NCBI GenBank assembly: GCA_050084985.1
Contig: JBITNC010000001.1
Location: 75,764,001 to 75,828,000, forward strand
Direction of reading: 5' to 3'
DNA: 64,000 nucleotides
DNA from: Nageia nagi
Lineage: Eukaryota > Plantae > Pinophyta
Both the position numbers and the translations under genes were made by a program. The notes under the pieces were generated by a model, which worked only from the letters and a program-made list of their open reading frames with translations, was not told the origin of the DNA and did not search any database. Of the stretch, positions 1 to 13,600 are shown piece by piece. Positions within the stretch are counted from its first letter, which is position 1. Each line of letters starts with the position of its first letter.

Positions 1-39
1 CTTATATTTATAATTATTAAATCCTCATGGGAGTTTTTC

Positions 40-928
40 CATCCTTTTACATTATTTCAATACCTAATAATTTTGAAATAGGCTTCTCTAGATATTTTTG
101 TTTACATGCATCACATCCAAGTTGTGAAAAATTAAAAAATTTTGTTCATAGATAGAAACATCAAACTAAAATTAGTTGACATTGAGAGATATAACATGAA
201 ATTAATAAAAAAATTAAAATTTCATGTTGCAGCTCCTAATATGGAAAATTAAATAATAGATTTCTTCTTCTATCCTATAGTGTTATCATAATCCTTCTTA
301 TGTTTCCTTTTATTTGAATCACTCTTTCCCTAATTTGGTAGAATTTCTAACATCTTTTATAGTATTTCCTTCCAAATTAAATTGAATGGTGTTTTCTTCC
401 ACTTTTATTCATTATTGAAAGATGAATTCTAAAGAGGAAATAAATGATATTTATGAAGGAATATCCTATGGCCCATATAAACATTTTTTTTACTACAATT
501 AGGATATTGTGAATAAGTGTTCTCCATGCATATTGGACATTTTAAAAATTCCTTTGTATTACATCCTTATAGGTAGAAATAAGAAGTAAAATTATAAATT
601 GTATATATAATTATTTCTCCCATATTGAGTTTAATATTATGAAATTCATCATACATTTATACTCCTTCAACCAATAGTTTGTGTGAAGTATCAAACAATA
701 GTTGTAGATAAAACTTAATATCATTTACTAGTTATTTAGGGTCAGGTACTAATAAGATAAGCATTAAATAATTACTTTTCATTGACATCCATGTTTGAAG
801 GTTCTATGTGATCAAAAAAATAATATAAAAACTATAATGAGAACTAAATTCAATAAAATGATTAAACTCATCAGTATCCATTCCTAGTCATACATTGTGT
901 AGATCATAAATAAAATTATACCAATATA

Positions 929-992
<64 letters not shown>

Positions 993-1600
993 CACTTTGG
1001 AGAGTTAATTGGACACCATATATTGGTATTTAGAATTTTAAACTAGAATACAACCTCATATTCTATATAATATTTGTAGAACTATATGAAGAAAGTAATA
1101 CACTTTAGTCATGTCTAACAATGTTGAAATAAATAAACACAACAGAGTTGATTGTATAATAAAATTAGCTACCTTTACATTCTCTTAAACCTTTATATAA
1201 TGGAAAAATACCTCAATATATTTGGATGAACCTTAATATTATATTTATTTTATGAATGAGGATCAAATTTACATCAAGATGTACCATATTTTTGGAAATT
1301 TTCATCATTTTCATGATCTTTCCAATATAGGATAGAATCATTAATGCATGCTTGGATCCTTACATAATATAATCCCAATGGATTTAGGAATTTATTTTTC
1401 TCATATGGGAACTTTAGAATTATATTTACACCTTGTTTTACCATATTGCATATTGGGATTATATCTTGAAGAAATTATAATATCTCAAAAAATCTTTTGT
1501 TGTACCATCCATGTTTTTCTTTGAAATAATATAATTTAATCATCATCCATAGTTTTGTATACATTGTGTATCATGGGTATAATGGTTATTTAATCATCAT
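40..1600 (-). pseudogene. Highly degenerate Gypsy integrase relic, interrupted by an (AT)n-containing segment
   Basis: Minus-strand fragments read KTPFNLIWKE (cf. TPF.LVYG.E) near 370-400 and HWDYIM/NDSI-like pieces near 1330-1390. Many stops and frameshifts. Confidence 0.35.
931..990. repeat. (AT)30 microsatellite
   Basis: Perfect dinucleotide run, read directly. Confidence 0.98.
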
Positions 1601-2189
1601 ATTTTGTCTTACAATTTATCATGATTAGATTAGAACTTGACATCATTATCTCATAGTTCATGTCCACTCTTTGAACAATTGGTATTGACCATTTTGATGA
1701 TGTCATCTTGTGTATCTTTGATATCTAGACCCTAATATATGGAGATGCATGTGTTTGATGCATATTTCTCATAATTAAATGATTATTATTTATGCAAAAA
1801 AAGTTGTTATATGTATGTTTGATTACTTTAATAAACATATACTCATAAACCTTCTCAAATCTATGAGGTCTCAAACTTTATCATTTTTGACATGGAAATT
1901 AAATTATTTTAGAATTCATTTAATTATTTCTTGTAAAATCAATAGTCATTAGAATTATTTTGTTTAATAGTCATTAGAATTTCTAGGTGCTTGTAGCCAA
2001 TTATTTTTTGTGTTGTTTGATAAAAATTATCCTTATACCTAGCCACATCATAGATAAGATGAATTTAATTTTGATCCATGCTATGATAAATTAATTTTTT
2101 TCTACATAAGAACATGTCTGTATAGGGTCATTATAAATAAAATATTGAAGTACTATATTATATCCATGTATCAATGCAAGTACTAATAA

Positions 2190-2510
2190 TATTAAATTAT
2201 TTAATCTAATGAAGCACTTGTGAACCATCCCTAACAATATAACTTTTGTACGTATTCTACCTACATGTAGCCATACAAGTCTAGTTGATGAGGGTTGTAA
2301 ATACTTTAATAACATTCATGACTATTCTATTATTCTTAGGATGAATCATTGTATGCATTATTGAATATTTTGGGTATGCACACTATCTTGAGTAATATTT
2401 GAACTTCATTCTCAAAATACCCCTAAAACATGGTAGACATGTATGCAAAGTCTAGATTATTAATGACACAAATATAGTTTCATGGACTGAAATGATTGGA
2501 GGATATACAA
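2190..2510 (+). pseudogene. PLS/E-class pentatricopeptide repeat (PPR) gene fragment
   Basis: Translates FNLMKHL*TIPNNITFVRILPTCSHTSLVDEGCKYFNNI (cf. PN.ITF..VL.ACSHAGLVDEG..YF), then YLE*YLNFILKIPLK, VDMYAK and NIVSWTEMIGGYT. Confidence 0.75.
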
Positions 2511-2552
2511 TTTTGATGATAGGATGAAAATAACTAAATATTTTTTAGGCTC

Positions 2553-3313
2553 TATAGATGAAAAAATGTAACCCTAATTATGGTAAGGTGAGGTTAAGTT
2601 TTATCTACTTTAATTACGATAAAAAAGTTAATATCTTGTAATGCACAATATATAAGATACATCTAATGTAAATATAAAATGCTGAATATGAAATACATAA
2701 TATGATAAAATTAAATAACTTAATAACCTATGATAAAATAAAGATAAATACCTATGTAATTATCTTGACAATCCTTGAGTAGTAGTGTAAACCTTATAGG
2801 ATGGAAGGGATAATCCTAGATATATATATGAAGATTAGGTATAATTTTATTCAAAAAAATTGGTGTTTGGATGCTATAAAACCTAGCATTGGTTTTGGGA
2901 TTCCTTTAATTTTAAATAAACCAATCCCATGTCTAATGATAAATGTACTAAGCATCAATGTGTATCATAAAGTAGTGAAAGTGTTGAATGTAACATATTT
3001 TAATCTCAATAGGTGGTGTCTAAGGACACTTGTAAGTTTGTGAGAGATATGTATAGTCCTATCAAGATAAAATCTTGATACTCTTTCCATGCATATAATT
3101 TTATATTTATAGGATCAAGAGTTTACTTAAATGCACACTAGCATCAAAAGTAATAGTACCTTATACAAAATACGATGACTATGCATAATATATAGATTAG
3201 ATTAATCATAATTGATAATAAAATATAACATAACATCATATTGATCATAACATTTTAAATATAATATGAAAACTAGTTTGGTCTATAAAATGGTGCCAAA
3301 TTAAGTTTCAACA
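2553..3313 (-). repeat. 3' LTR of host Tat-type element
   Basis: Aligns with 36511-37167 at both ends (atggtaag...aagtt.tatctact; acatcatattgatcataacat...aaaactagttt). Ends TCAACA. Confidence 0.75.
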
Positions 3314-5272
3314 TTTTCCAAAAATGAAAAAAATAATGCTTGCAAAGAAAAAGGATAAGAAGAAGATACTTCCTTGAATCTAGTTAAGTTTTGAATAAAT
3401 AATTGATTTGGTGATGTATTTACCCCCCTCTTTGCATTACTTATTGTGGAAGGAGTGACCATAAAGAATCAAGCCTAAAGAGCCTACAATAAAATACAAA
3501 TACCTTCCAAAGATCATACTAGTAGCATATATCAACTTATAGAAAAACAACATGAGAAAAAACATGAAATGAATATGGTATCTTATGGGCTTTCACTACC
3601 CACATATATAGGATTCATAAAATAATTATTTATGAAATAAAATATAAGATATTTAATCATAAAAAAATATATTGTGACATTCATAACTCACATCAAGATG
3701 GAGGTAATGCACCCCACACATGGATATGTGGAGATCATAAGGTAACTCAAGTAGAGATCATATAATAATAATAGTGATGGTTAGTTAGAATCCAAAAAAT
3801 AAAGGTGATAATAAAAATAATCATACTAATGATTAATTAGAAGCTAGCCAAAAAATGTGAGCATGAGTGATACTTCATGCAATAAATTAAGTAACAAAAT
3901 AAGTCCTTCACAATGAGCTATATCAATGTGGGTATTATTTTTTCTAGATATCGTTAGGAGTCATAAATACTTCAAAATGAAATATGCATTATGCATACCC
4001 ATTTCTTTGGATATTATGTAAACATATATACACATCAAAAAAATAAGAATATAGTGATGATGAATTATATCCCCAACCAACAAAGGATGTGATCATAAAT
4101 ATGCATGTGAGTTTTGTAAACATAAAAAGTCTTTTAAATTTGAAAGTCATATGAACATAAATTTATTTGAAAATAATGTGAGCATGCAAAACCTGAGAAT
4201 ATCAACTTTTTGAAATTAAGAAATTAGAGATTTTACTATCCATTAATTCATCATTGATATAAGAATCATTATTGAAGGAAACTCTATCATAGAACTTACA
4301 AGCTTTATCATCCATATTTTTATCAATTATATAATGAATATAAATGGAAGAAATAAAGTAAGAAATAATATTCCATTTAACTTATGAAATCATTAAAGAT
4401 CATAAGGACTTATATAACATTTAACACAATGCACATATGATAACTTATATATAATTTGAAATCATAACAATGTACTTGAAATAAAAAAATATAAGATGAG
4501 GGAGCTTACTTTGAGATGTTTGAAGACATACCCTTGGGTATTTTCCTATGAAAATATGACTTTTACATGATTATTGACCCTAATGCGAGCATTGAGGTAT
4601 ATTTATAATCTAAGAATCATCTTTTGAAATGCTTTCATCCTCTATCTTTTGATCTAAATTTTGTAACATCTAAATTGATTTTATGACTTTGTAGTACTAA
4701 GCTAGCTTTTGATAATTTAAATGAACTTACACAAATTTCACATAGACATGAAACTATTGTGGATAGAATTGGATTAATTTTGATAAATTTAAGCAAACAT
4801 AGATAAGTTGGGAAAATTTAGGAGCATAAAAACATATATTTGAAAAGTTTACAAACTTGTTAAGGAAAGATGAGGTATAGAAAACTTTTCCTATACTTAA
4901 CTTTTGGAGGAAATTTGGAAATTGAAGCATTTTTGATGATATGTTTTATGTACACTAGCATTGGTGTTGAAGAAAATATTGTTTGTATATATCATGAGAG
5001 GTTTTCCTATGATTTTTAAAATGAAGCTTACTTGTGATGAATGAGCTTAAGAGAAACTAGATAACCTATTTTTGAAGGAACACCTTTCTGAAACTCTTTT
5101 CTAAATGATTTTCCTTGGCTTATATGGAAACTATATTTTTATATCTCATATGTGATAGTTTTTAGTTTTGATGATCATTTTATGAGAATCAAGGACTTGG
5201 TGCAACTTTAAAATAAGTCCATAAACTAATATACAACCTAATCCTACTATTAGGAAGATAGATTACTCCTAG

Positions 5273-7280
5273 TTATGTGTGGAAATGTTTAAGATGCATG
5301 ACATTTGTTGTAAACTTTTTCTCTTTATCTTCAATGGTATGTAGCTTGTATACCCCATTATGACAATTTTTAATAATAAATGGTCCAATCCAATTATATT
5401 TAAACTTTCCTCTATTTTTATATTCTAACTTGGTTTTATGATGGTTTTCATTGAGTACCAAATCATCAATGTTGAATTCCTTTGTTCTGATGTTTTTACC
5501 ATATGGCTTGTTGATCTTGTTTTGATAAATCTTAATATGTTTATGAGCATTTACCCTCCATTAATCAATACCTTTTATTTCACTAAATTCTAATGAAATT
5601 CCATATTCATCAGCTATTGTACCTTCTAACAAGACCCTTAAGGATGGAATATAAACTTCTAAAGGTAATATAGACTTTTCATCATAGACTAATGAGTATG
5701 GAGTGCATCTTGTAGCTAGTCTAATGCTAAATATATAAGCCCAGAAAGAATAAACCAAATATTCATGCTAATTTGTGTCATGTTTATTTACTATATTACA
5801 TAATATGTTGATAATTATTTTATTTGTAGCTTCATTTTTTCCATTTCCTTGAGGATAATATGATGAAGCAAACTTTTATTGAATTTTGAAGGTTTTGTAG
5901 AAATTTCTTACATCGTTACATTGAAGTTGGTTCCCTAATCCATGATATTTTTGATGAAATTTCAAATATTTAAAAAATATTTTTGTGAATAATTTTATTA
6001 TTTGGAATCATTTAGATGATCTAAGTGGAATAAATTCAACCCACTTTATGAAGTATTCAATGCTTGTGATGATGAATTTATGTCCATCCCTTTATTTAAG
6101 GTTAATGAATCCTATGGGATCTAACCAAATAGAGAAAGGATAAGGAGAAGTAATTGTACAAAGGCCATGAGAAGGTTTAAATTATAAATTGGCATATTTA
6201 TGATAGATTACACACTTTTTGACATGGAAAATACAATCATGTAATATAGATTATCAATAGTACTTTAATATTATAAACTTACAATGCATAGCTCTACCAT
6301 TCAAATTACCTCAACTTTAACCATTATGGAATTATTCAATTATAATTTATAACTAATAAATAAGTAAGCATATAAGTAAGGAACCTTCAAATGATCTTCT
6401 GTAGAGACATAAATGATTAGTAAATACCTTAAAGCTAACTTTTTGAGCTTTTTCTTTTGATTCTTTATTATGAAACTTTTAGGCAAGGTTCTATCCTTTA
6501 GGTATTTGTATATATAGAAATACCATGCATAATAAGGAATCATGAAATAAGAATTTACATGAGGTGAATCAAGAAATTTGAATATATAATTTGAATTATG
6601 AGTATGATATGCATTGCTAGTGTTCTTTATCCTTATGATTGTATCTTCATCTTCAGCTACTCTTATGTGAAAGAGGCAACATTGGCCATAACATTAAAAA
6701 ATATGTGATTATTGGTTAGAATATTTTCAACTTGTACTTTATCAAAGTGGTTACTAAAGATATTGAAAAAGTTGTAAGGAACTAACTTATCATACTTTGT
6801 GTGGTATAAACCATTAACTTAATTTATATAATTAAATACAAATTTATATGCCATAGTAATAAGTTCATGTTCAAGAGAGATAAGAATAATTCCTGCCTCA
6901 GCTACTCTCATACATTTGGATCCATCAAAGTATAATATCCATTAATTATATTCATCTTATTCTTAGGAAAAAGGCCACAAATTCATCCTTTAATTCTTCA
7001 TTATTTGGGGTTGATTCTTTAGAGGGATTATCTGGTAGAAAATATACTATAGCTTATCCTTTAATATTTTTTTGATTTATACAAATAAGGTCAAATTCTT
7101 TGAGGAGCATAGCCCATTTGGTTATTTTTCCTTAGAGATATGGTTTGGATAGAAGGTACTTTAGTGCATTATCTTGAGTGACCATAAATGTTGTATTGTT
7201 AATCATATAATGTATTAACTTTTAACATAGATAAATAATAGCATAGCATAACTTTTCTATTGGAGTTAATCTAGTTTCAT
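5273..7280 (-). pseudogene. Host pol: RNase H C-terminal half, additional archaeal-type RNase H (aRH), integrase
   Basis: KITKWAMLLKEFDL (RH, ~7090-7130); WILYFDGSKC (aRH, ~6915-6943); TPYSLVY..SILPLEV and KFKYNWIGPFII (integrase). Confidence 0.85.
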
Positions 7281-8155
7281 TGATGCACATAGTAGAGTTG
7301 CCCAATGATTTTGATATTTCCCCTATTTTTAATGTTTTTGATTTATTTTAGTATCTTGGTACTACTAAGGATGGTGAATTCTAGGATATAGTAAATTGGG
7401 CACAATAGATGCTTAAGAAGAAAAAGGATAATGTTGCACAAGTGCTTGATAAGAAGGTCATCACCACCAGACATGGGAGCTATAATAGATACCTAATTTA
7501 GTAGTAAGGATTACCACATTTAGATAACACTTGGGTTTTAGATTAAAAGATATAAAAAATGGATAACTATAAGCTTCAAGAATTCAAGTCAGCTAAACTT
7601 GTAGGAGCTAAGCTCTTTTTCATTAGAGGAGAATGATGCACTTTGCTAGAGCCATAACTTTTGATCATGATGTCCATTTAGATTAAAATTTAAAACATGG
7701 ATCCATGTGTATATTTCACATCTTGTCTAAATTTATTATCCCAAACCCTCTAAAAATCATATTTTTGAGACATAACTCTACCATCTAGCATGCCAAAGTT
7801 AGCGTTTACTTTCAGTTCTCCATATTTTTAGGCTTTTTTGCATGTTTGAACTTTAATATATTTTGTTTTACAATTATTTAAGTCTATATATTTTATATTC
7901 ATATTAATTAATTATAAGGGAGATGTGTATGCCAAATTTTGAGGCACAATTCAACTCATTTCTATTTTTAGAAAGTTTCTATTTTTAGCAAGTTTATATT
8001 TTTAGCAAGTTTTTATATGAACCTAGATTGTATTTTCTTTGGGATTATTTTGAATTCAAGAATGAGAAGAGGATAATTTATAAGTTTTATTATATGTTGA
8101 TAATTTATGTGATTAGATTCCATTTTGTTGGTCTCTTGCAGCTAAATTCACATCA
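7281..8155 (+). mobile_element. Truncated CRM-like chromovirus: integrase C-terminus, chromodomain, PPT and 3' LTR (7634-8155)
   Basis: TSD TTCAT on both sides. Termini TGATG...CATCA. Translates ELPNDFDISPIFNVFDLF, QVLDKKVITTRHGSYNRYL..GLPHLDNTW and SFSLEENDA. PPT AGAGGAGAA at 7625-7633. Host RH reads through when the insert is removed (AIYYISKKFLKHE|TRLTPIEKLC). Confidence 0.8.
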
Positions 8156-8717
8156 TTCATGTTTAAGAAATTTTTTTGAAATGTAGTAAATTGCTCTTCC
8201 TTTACCATCATCAAATTTTTTTCAAGAATTCCTCCAAGGTATATTGGGTAGAAAAAATGTACAAATATAAAGGTTTTGAATGATCAAAAAGAGCTAAAAA
8301 TGGAGGATTAAGAAAAAACATTTTATATCTTCAAGTGCACCTTAATGTTTGGAATCCCAAATGAACTTTGTTTCTTTCTTGAGAAGATGAATATAAGGAG
8401 CAATACTATCAACCATTTGAGATATAAATATTTTCATAGCTTTTACTTTCCCTTGAAATGTTATTCATTTCCTAATATTATTTGAATGTGGAATATCATA
8501 AATTACTTTAACCTTATTTTAAATAATCTCAATAACTCCTTAGGAAATAATGAAGCCTGACAAATTTTCACTTGAGACACCAAAAACATATTTTTTAGGC
8601 TTCAATATGAGTTTGTATTTCTTTAATCCATTATAGAAACTAATAAGATCCATTTAATGATACTTATTTTCCTTTATTTTATTAAGATATCATCTATATA
8701 AACCTAAACTAATTAAT
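8156..8717 (-). pseudogene. Host pol: RT C-terminal part (YIDD) and RNase H N-terminus
   Basis: VYIDDILIK at ~8680-8705; PPFLALFDHSKPLYLYI at ~8255-8310. Confidence 0.85.
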
Positions 8718-9169
8718 GGATCTATTGATAAAGCAACGCCCTCCCTAATTTTTTTGAAATCTAGGGATCCTCAATCAAATGATGAAAATGGAACTTAGCA
8801 AGAGTGCAATCACTTTTTGAAAGTGTAATGAAGAAAAACTACCCAAATGAGCCTAAAGTGCAATTTTAAAATTCATCTGGAATGCTTTCTTACAATAGAT
8901 GAAGAAATACCTTCTAAGTATTCATGTAAGCAAAAATGATGGAAATGAAAGTATCAAATGGAGATCCAATCATGTATCAAATAACTTGCAAAGTCATTTT
9001 TAAGGTCTTCACCATAATTCATATTTTCCTTATAAAACTACTACCCCTTTGAGGACACTTGGCACCTAAGAAGGTATATAAAAGGAAAGAGGCTAAGGCA
9101 TGAGTATTTGAAATTTGCCAATGCTAAGATGGTTGTATAGTTTTGAAAAGTCACCTATCCATATTCCAA

Positions 9170-10450
9170 AAAAGGTGAAACCACCCCCTCTACACTATTT
9201 TAAGCCTATAATTTGGAAAAGTGCACCCAAATTCAATATCCAAGTTGGTCATATGATTTGGAAATGATACATTTGCATCTTTTTAGAAGGGTGCAATCAC
9301 TCCATTTTTGTATTTAAGGAGTTTTTAGGGTCCCATTCAACCTCCATTATGGACATTTGATGATGGACATGATGCATTATGGACTAGTATAAAAGGATAA
9401 CAAGGTTGTTTCATTTTACTTTAGTTGTCCCAATGTGTTGCTCCAAAGTGGTCACATGGTTGGTAAAAGTTAGATTTCTATCTATTTTTTTTATATGTGA
9501 CCACCCCCCATTCCTACATTTTGGTCTCCAAATTTGACTAAGTGTTAGATTAACACTTCTAAAAGTTATTCACATGGTTGGAAAAAGTTATATTTCCATA
9601 TTTTTTTGAAGGTTTGACCACCCCTTTTTAGTAATTTTGAGTTGAGTGTTTGTAAGTTGTTTATTTTGAGGCATCATTAGGTTGGTTGCATGGTTTGAAA
9701 GTGTTACATTTGCATCCCTTGGAAGGGATGCAACCATTCCATCTTGTTTAGTTTTAACTAAGTGATGAATTTTGGTACCCCTATTCTTGGTCACATGGTT
9801 TGAAGAAGATACATTTTCATCTTTTTAGAGAGATGCAACCACAACATGTCGCATGGAGTAGGAAACTTGTTGAAAACCACCTTACCTTCTATCATTGAGC
9901 TATTTCTCCTTAGTAGTTAAGAAGGATATAAGAGTGGGATACTTGGTCAATTTTGGATATTATATACATTTCTATGGCTATTCACATGATTTTGTTGAAA
10001 CACATTCCCATCCTTTTAGAAATGTTTGACCACCTCTTTTTCATTTTTGCATTATAGTCAAATAGCTCCTATCCATTGGCCACCTTTTGATTCATTGAAA
10101 TCTACACTCATTTTACAAAATCTACCTTAAATTTGCATGGTAACAAGGGCCAAAGATGATAAGGTTCCATATTTTCAAAATCATGCACCCATCGGAATTC
10201 AAAGTATAATTAAAGGAGCATGGTTACATAATCGATATGAGTCACATTTGCATATTTGAATCCTCATTATTAGGAAAGGGTCACCCAATTAAACTCTCAT
10301 CCAAATTTAGTTTCATTTAGTTTAATTATTTGTGTTTTACATCATCCATTAATTTTGTTCACATCCTACAAAGTCAACCTCCATGTTTGGTCATATCATC
10401 CATCCAAGTTGGAAAGCTAACATTGTTAAAGGTTATGACCAAGCCCTTTT
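9170..10450. repeat. Dispersed ~30-bp motif copies (ggtc/tgcatggttggaaa.gtta.attt.catc) in the upstream part of the LTR
   Basis: Variants near 9247, 9451, 9570, 9685 and 9789, mirrored in the 3' repeat. Confidence 0.6.
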
Positions 10451-10689
10451 TGTATTCATATGGGTCCCATGAGTTAAAATGTTCATATTCATTGATTATT
10501 TGAGGCTTATTTTATGTAAATTGAATGAAAATAAATCAACCATCCTTTTTCACATTCATTAAGTATTAAGTCTAACTCACATATTGCATATAAGAGTGCT
10601 AGCATTGCACATCTTACCCATGCTATCCTACTACATTCCTTAATCAGTCTAATCCATAGTAAATCAATTTTTTTTTGCAAGATCAAAAA

Positions 10690-13600
10690 ATGAAAGATAA
10701 ATTAAAAATGGAGTAAAAATAAAGAACTTTAGATAGAGAGGTTGATTGAACCCACTCAAATCAAGTTCACCAAGGAAAATCCTAAAGATCCCTTGAAGGA
10801 GGCCAAATTCAAGAATCAGCTCTCCAATATTTAGGATAATTACTTATCACATATTGATGCCAATCAAACCTTGTAATCCATTAGCATTTTGGAGAAGAAC
10901 CAAATGCTCAATGAGGTCATTTGAACCTTTCTATTGGATAGGGCCACCCTTATCCCATTTACCACACCTTTCCTTGAGTTTTGTTATGAAGTTGGCAGGT
11001 ATGCCAATTATAAAACTCATGCTCTTTATGAAACATATGGAAATAAGATCATTGATTTATCCAAGGAGGGTATTAATGAAGATTTAAATTTGAGAAACAA
11101 AGGGGTCATCTACATTGAAAGGGATTCTCAAGATTACTATGATAAATGTTAATGAGTCAAAGATTTCATTTAAGATTAGCTCGAGAATTATAGTAAAGAA
11201 TTCACTAGGAACAAATTAATCAATGCCAAGAGAGAATATTTATATCCACTATCTTGATGATTATCAGTATATTTTCTTAGGTCATAAGAAAGCAATACGA
11301 TCTCAATTTTAGGAATGAGTTTGTTGATTTGATTGCTATGATTAGGAATAGACAAAGGATCCTATGGAGAAAAGTAATTAGTGACTCCCTCCTCTAGGAA
11401 TTGGATCACATCAACTCATCAAAGAGATTCCACATGAATTCATATCTTGTATACCTTCTTCTCCATGGTAAGAATATAAATTCAATCCATTGGATACTAA
11501 AATTTTGAATGATCTAATGAAGCCTACATAGAATGCTTATCCCAAATGGTGGTTAGAATCCAAGTGGGATAGCTATACAATGAGGAATGACAAATGGGAA
11601 CATAAGATGTATAAGTAGATAAAGAGAAGAAAAATGGTTAAAAAAATATTTGGATCTTCTATTGAATCCATATGGGAGCATAAGAATTATTTCCTAGAAG
11701 ATTCCTCACATACATACATTTGGGTTTATGATTCCAAAGTCAGGTTGTATCTCTTGCCTTACTATGCTAGTACCTAAATAGTTCTCATGGAATTCTATAT
11801 AGAATTGTTGTTTCTCCATGAGTATATATGGAAGAAGAAGAATTCCACTATAAATATCCTTTTTTCCATTGAAAAATATACTTGTTTAACATGGTAGGAG
11901 GCAAAGGAAATGAGTACGAAGTTTTCTTATTATCACTTCTTTAAGGAGCACATAGCCCCTCATTATGATCTTGAAAGATGAATCCAAGTCTTCTATAGAA
12001 GAGCCTTCAGAAATCTTATGATTTATGAGCATAATTGTCTAGGAGATAAGAAGAGATACCAAAATAAAAGGGATGATAAGCAAATTTAGGATATACATCA
12101 AGTGATGGTAGTAGAAGGTCAAATTGATCAAAGAATACAAAGTCTAGATAGTCCTTAAATAATCCTAAGTGAGAAGTCCACCTCTTGAATAAGAGTGAGA
12201 ATATGTCAATGGTGAGTAGGTAAGCATACTACCTTATGCAGTTCCAAGATAGAAAATCACTTTTTTGTGAAAGAAATCACCAAGGATGTTATATTATGTT
12301 TGAGAGTGAAAGAAACTCACTCTATTGTGAAAGAAATCACCAAGGATATGACTTTTCATTGCAATAGCTTAAGGATGCTAGTTGAAAGGATACCCTTATA
12401 ATGCCTATAATATCGACTAGGGTTGAAAATTCCTTGGCCATTTCCAATCTTTTGGCACCCATGAAAGATCATGTAGGAGATAATTTTCCTAAACCTATTG
12501 AGGTGGAGCCCCACAGAAAAATATAACTCTACCAAAAGAGCCTAATTGTGTCCACCATTCTACTTCATTCTTAGATTTTGATACATCCTTTGAAACCTTT
12601 AATTCTTTTAAGTTTGATTCATGAGAAGAAGAAATAATAAGGAGACATGAGTATGATAAAGAATCATAGCTTGATATAGGATACACCTAGATTGTGGACA
12701 TTGATGGAGAGTTTGAAGCCAAACTAAATAATGAAACTTTATCAAATGGATCAACATATAAGAAGTATATTGCTTCTTCTAAATCCACTTATCTAAGGAG
12801 GAAGAGGAGATCATCTCCTTAGAAGGAAACACCTAGGGAAACTCCCAACAAACCCTTAAAGTTGAGAAAAAACTTGATGGTAGGAAGTAGTGAACAAGAA
12901 GATGAAAAAAAGGGTGAAGATGAAGAACAAAGGAAGAAGCAGAAGCAACTAGAACATGGAAGCCACAAATCATTAAGGATAAGTTGGATGAGGTTAAGAA
13001 TCAACAACTAAGAATTAAGGAGATCCCTAAAGACTCCACTCCCACAAATATCAATACCACTTTGGATAATATTGCATCAAGTTGTACTCCATAAAATAAA
13101 TATGATTTTGATATTGATGTAGCATTAATGATCTATAGCTAGAAGAGGGAAAGTGCTTCCTAGGAGTCCCTCATTGAAGAACTTGACACCTTCATATCTA
13201 TGAAAAAGGACATGGTGACCATGAATAAGTGATTCTCAAAAAAGAAGTATCAATAAGTCCTTCAAGATATATAGGTCCACACTCAATAATTCAAAGTTAA
13301 TAAGATTGGATGGGCTAGTTGTAAATATGCCATTAACTATAATATGGATGAGATGGTCAATTAAGGCATCAAAAGGAAGAATATGATAAAGGAACTAAAT
13401 AAGGAGCTCAATAATAAAAATAAGTTGGTAAAGGAGATAAAAATTGCCAAAATTTATCTTGAAGACATCAAACTATAGGCCTCCTTAAACATTGGTATCA
13501 CCTCAACTAAATAAATCTTATTCAATGGCATAATAAGAGTGGTCAACAAACTCTCACTTCGAATGATTTCCCTCATCGATGAGAAAAAGGCACAAGAAAA

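Noticed and set aside
3400-5200. Possible extra ORF in the host element's 3' region
   Set aside because: Too degenerate to translate into any recognisable motif by eye.
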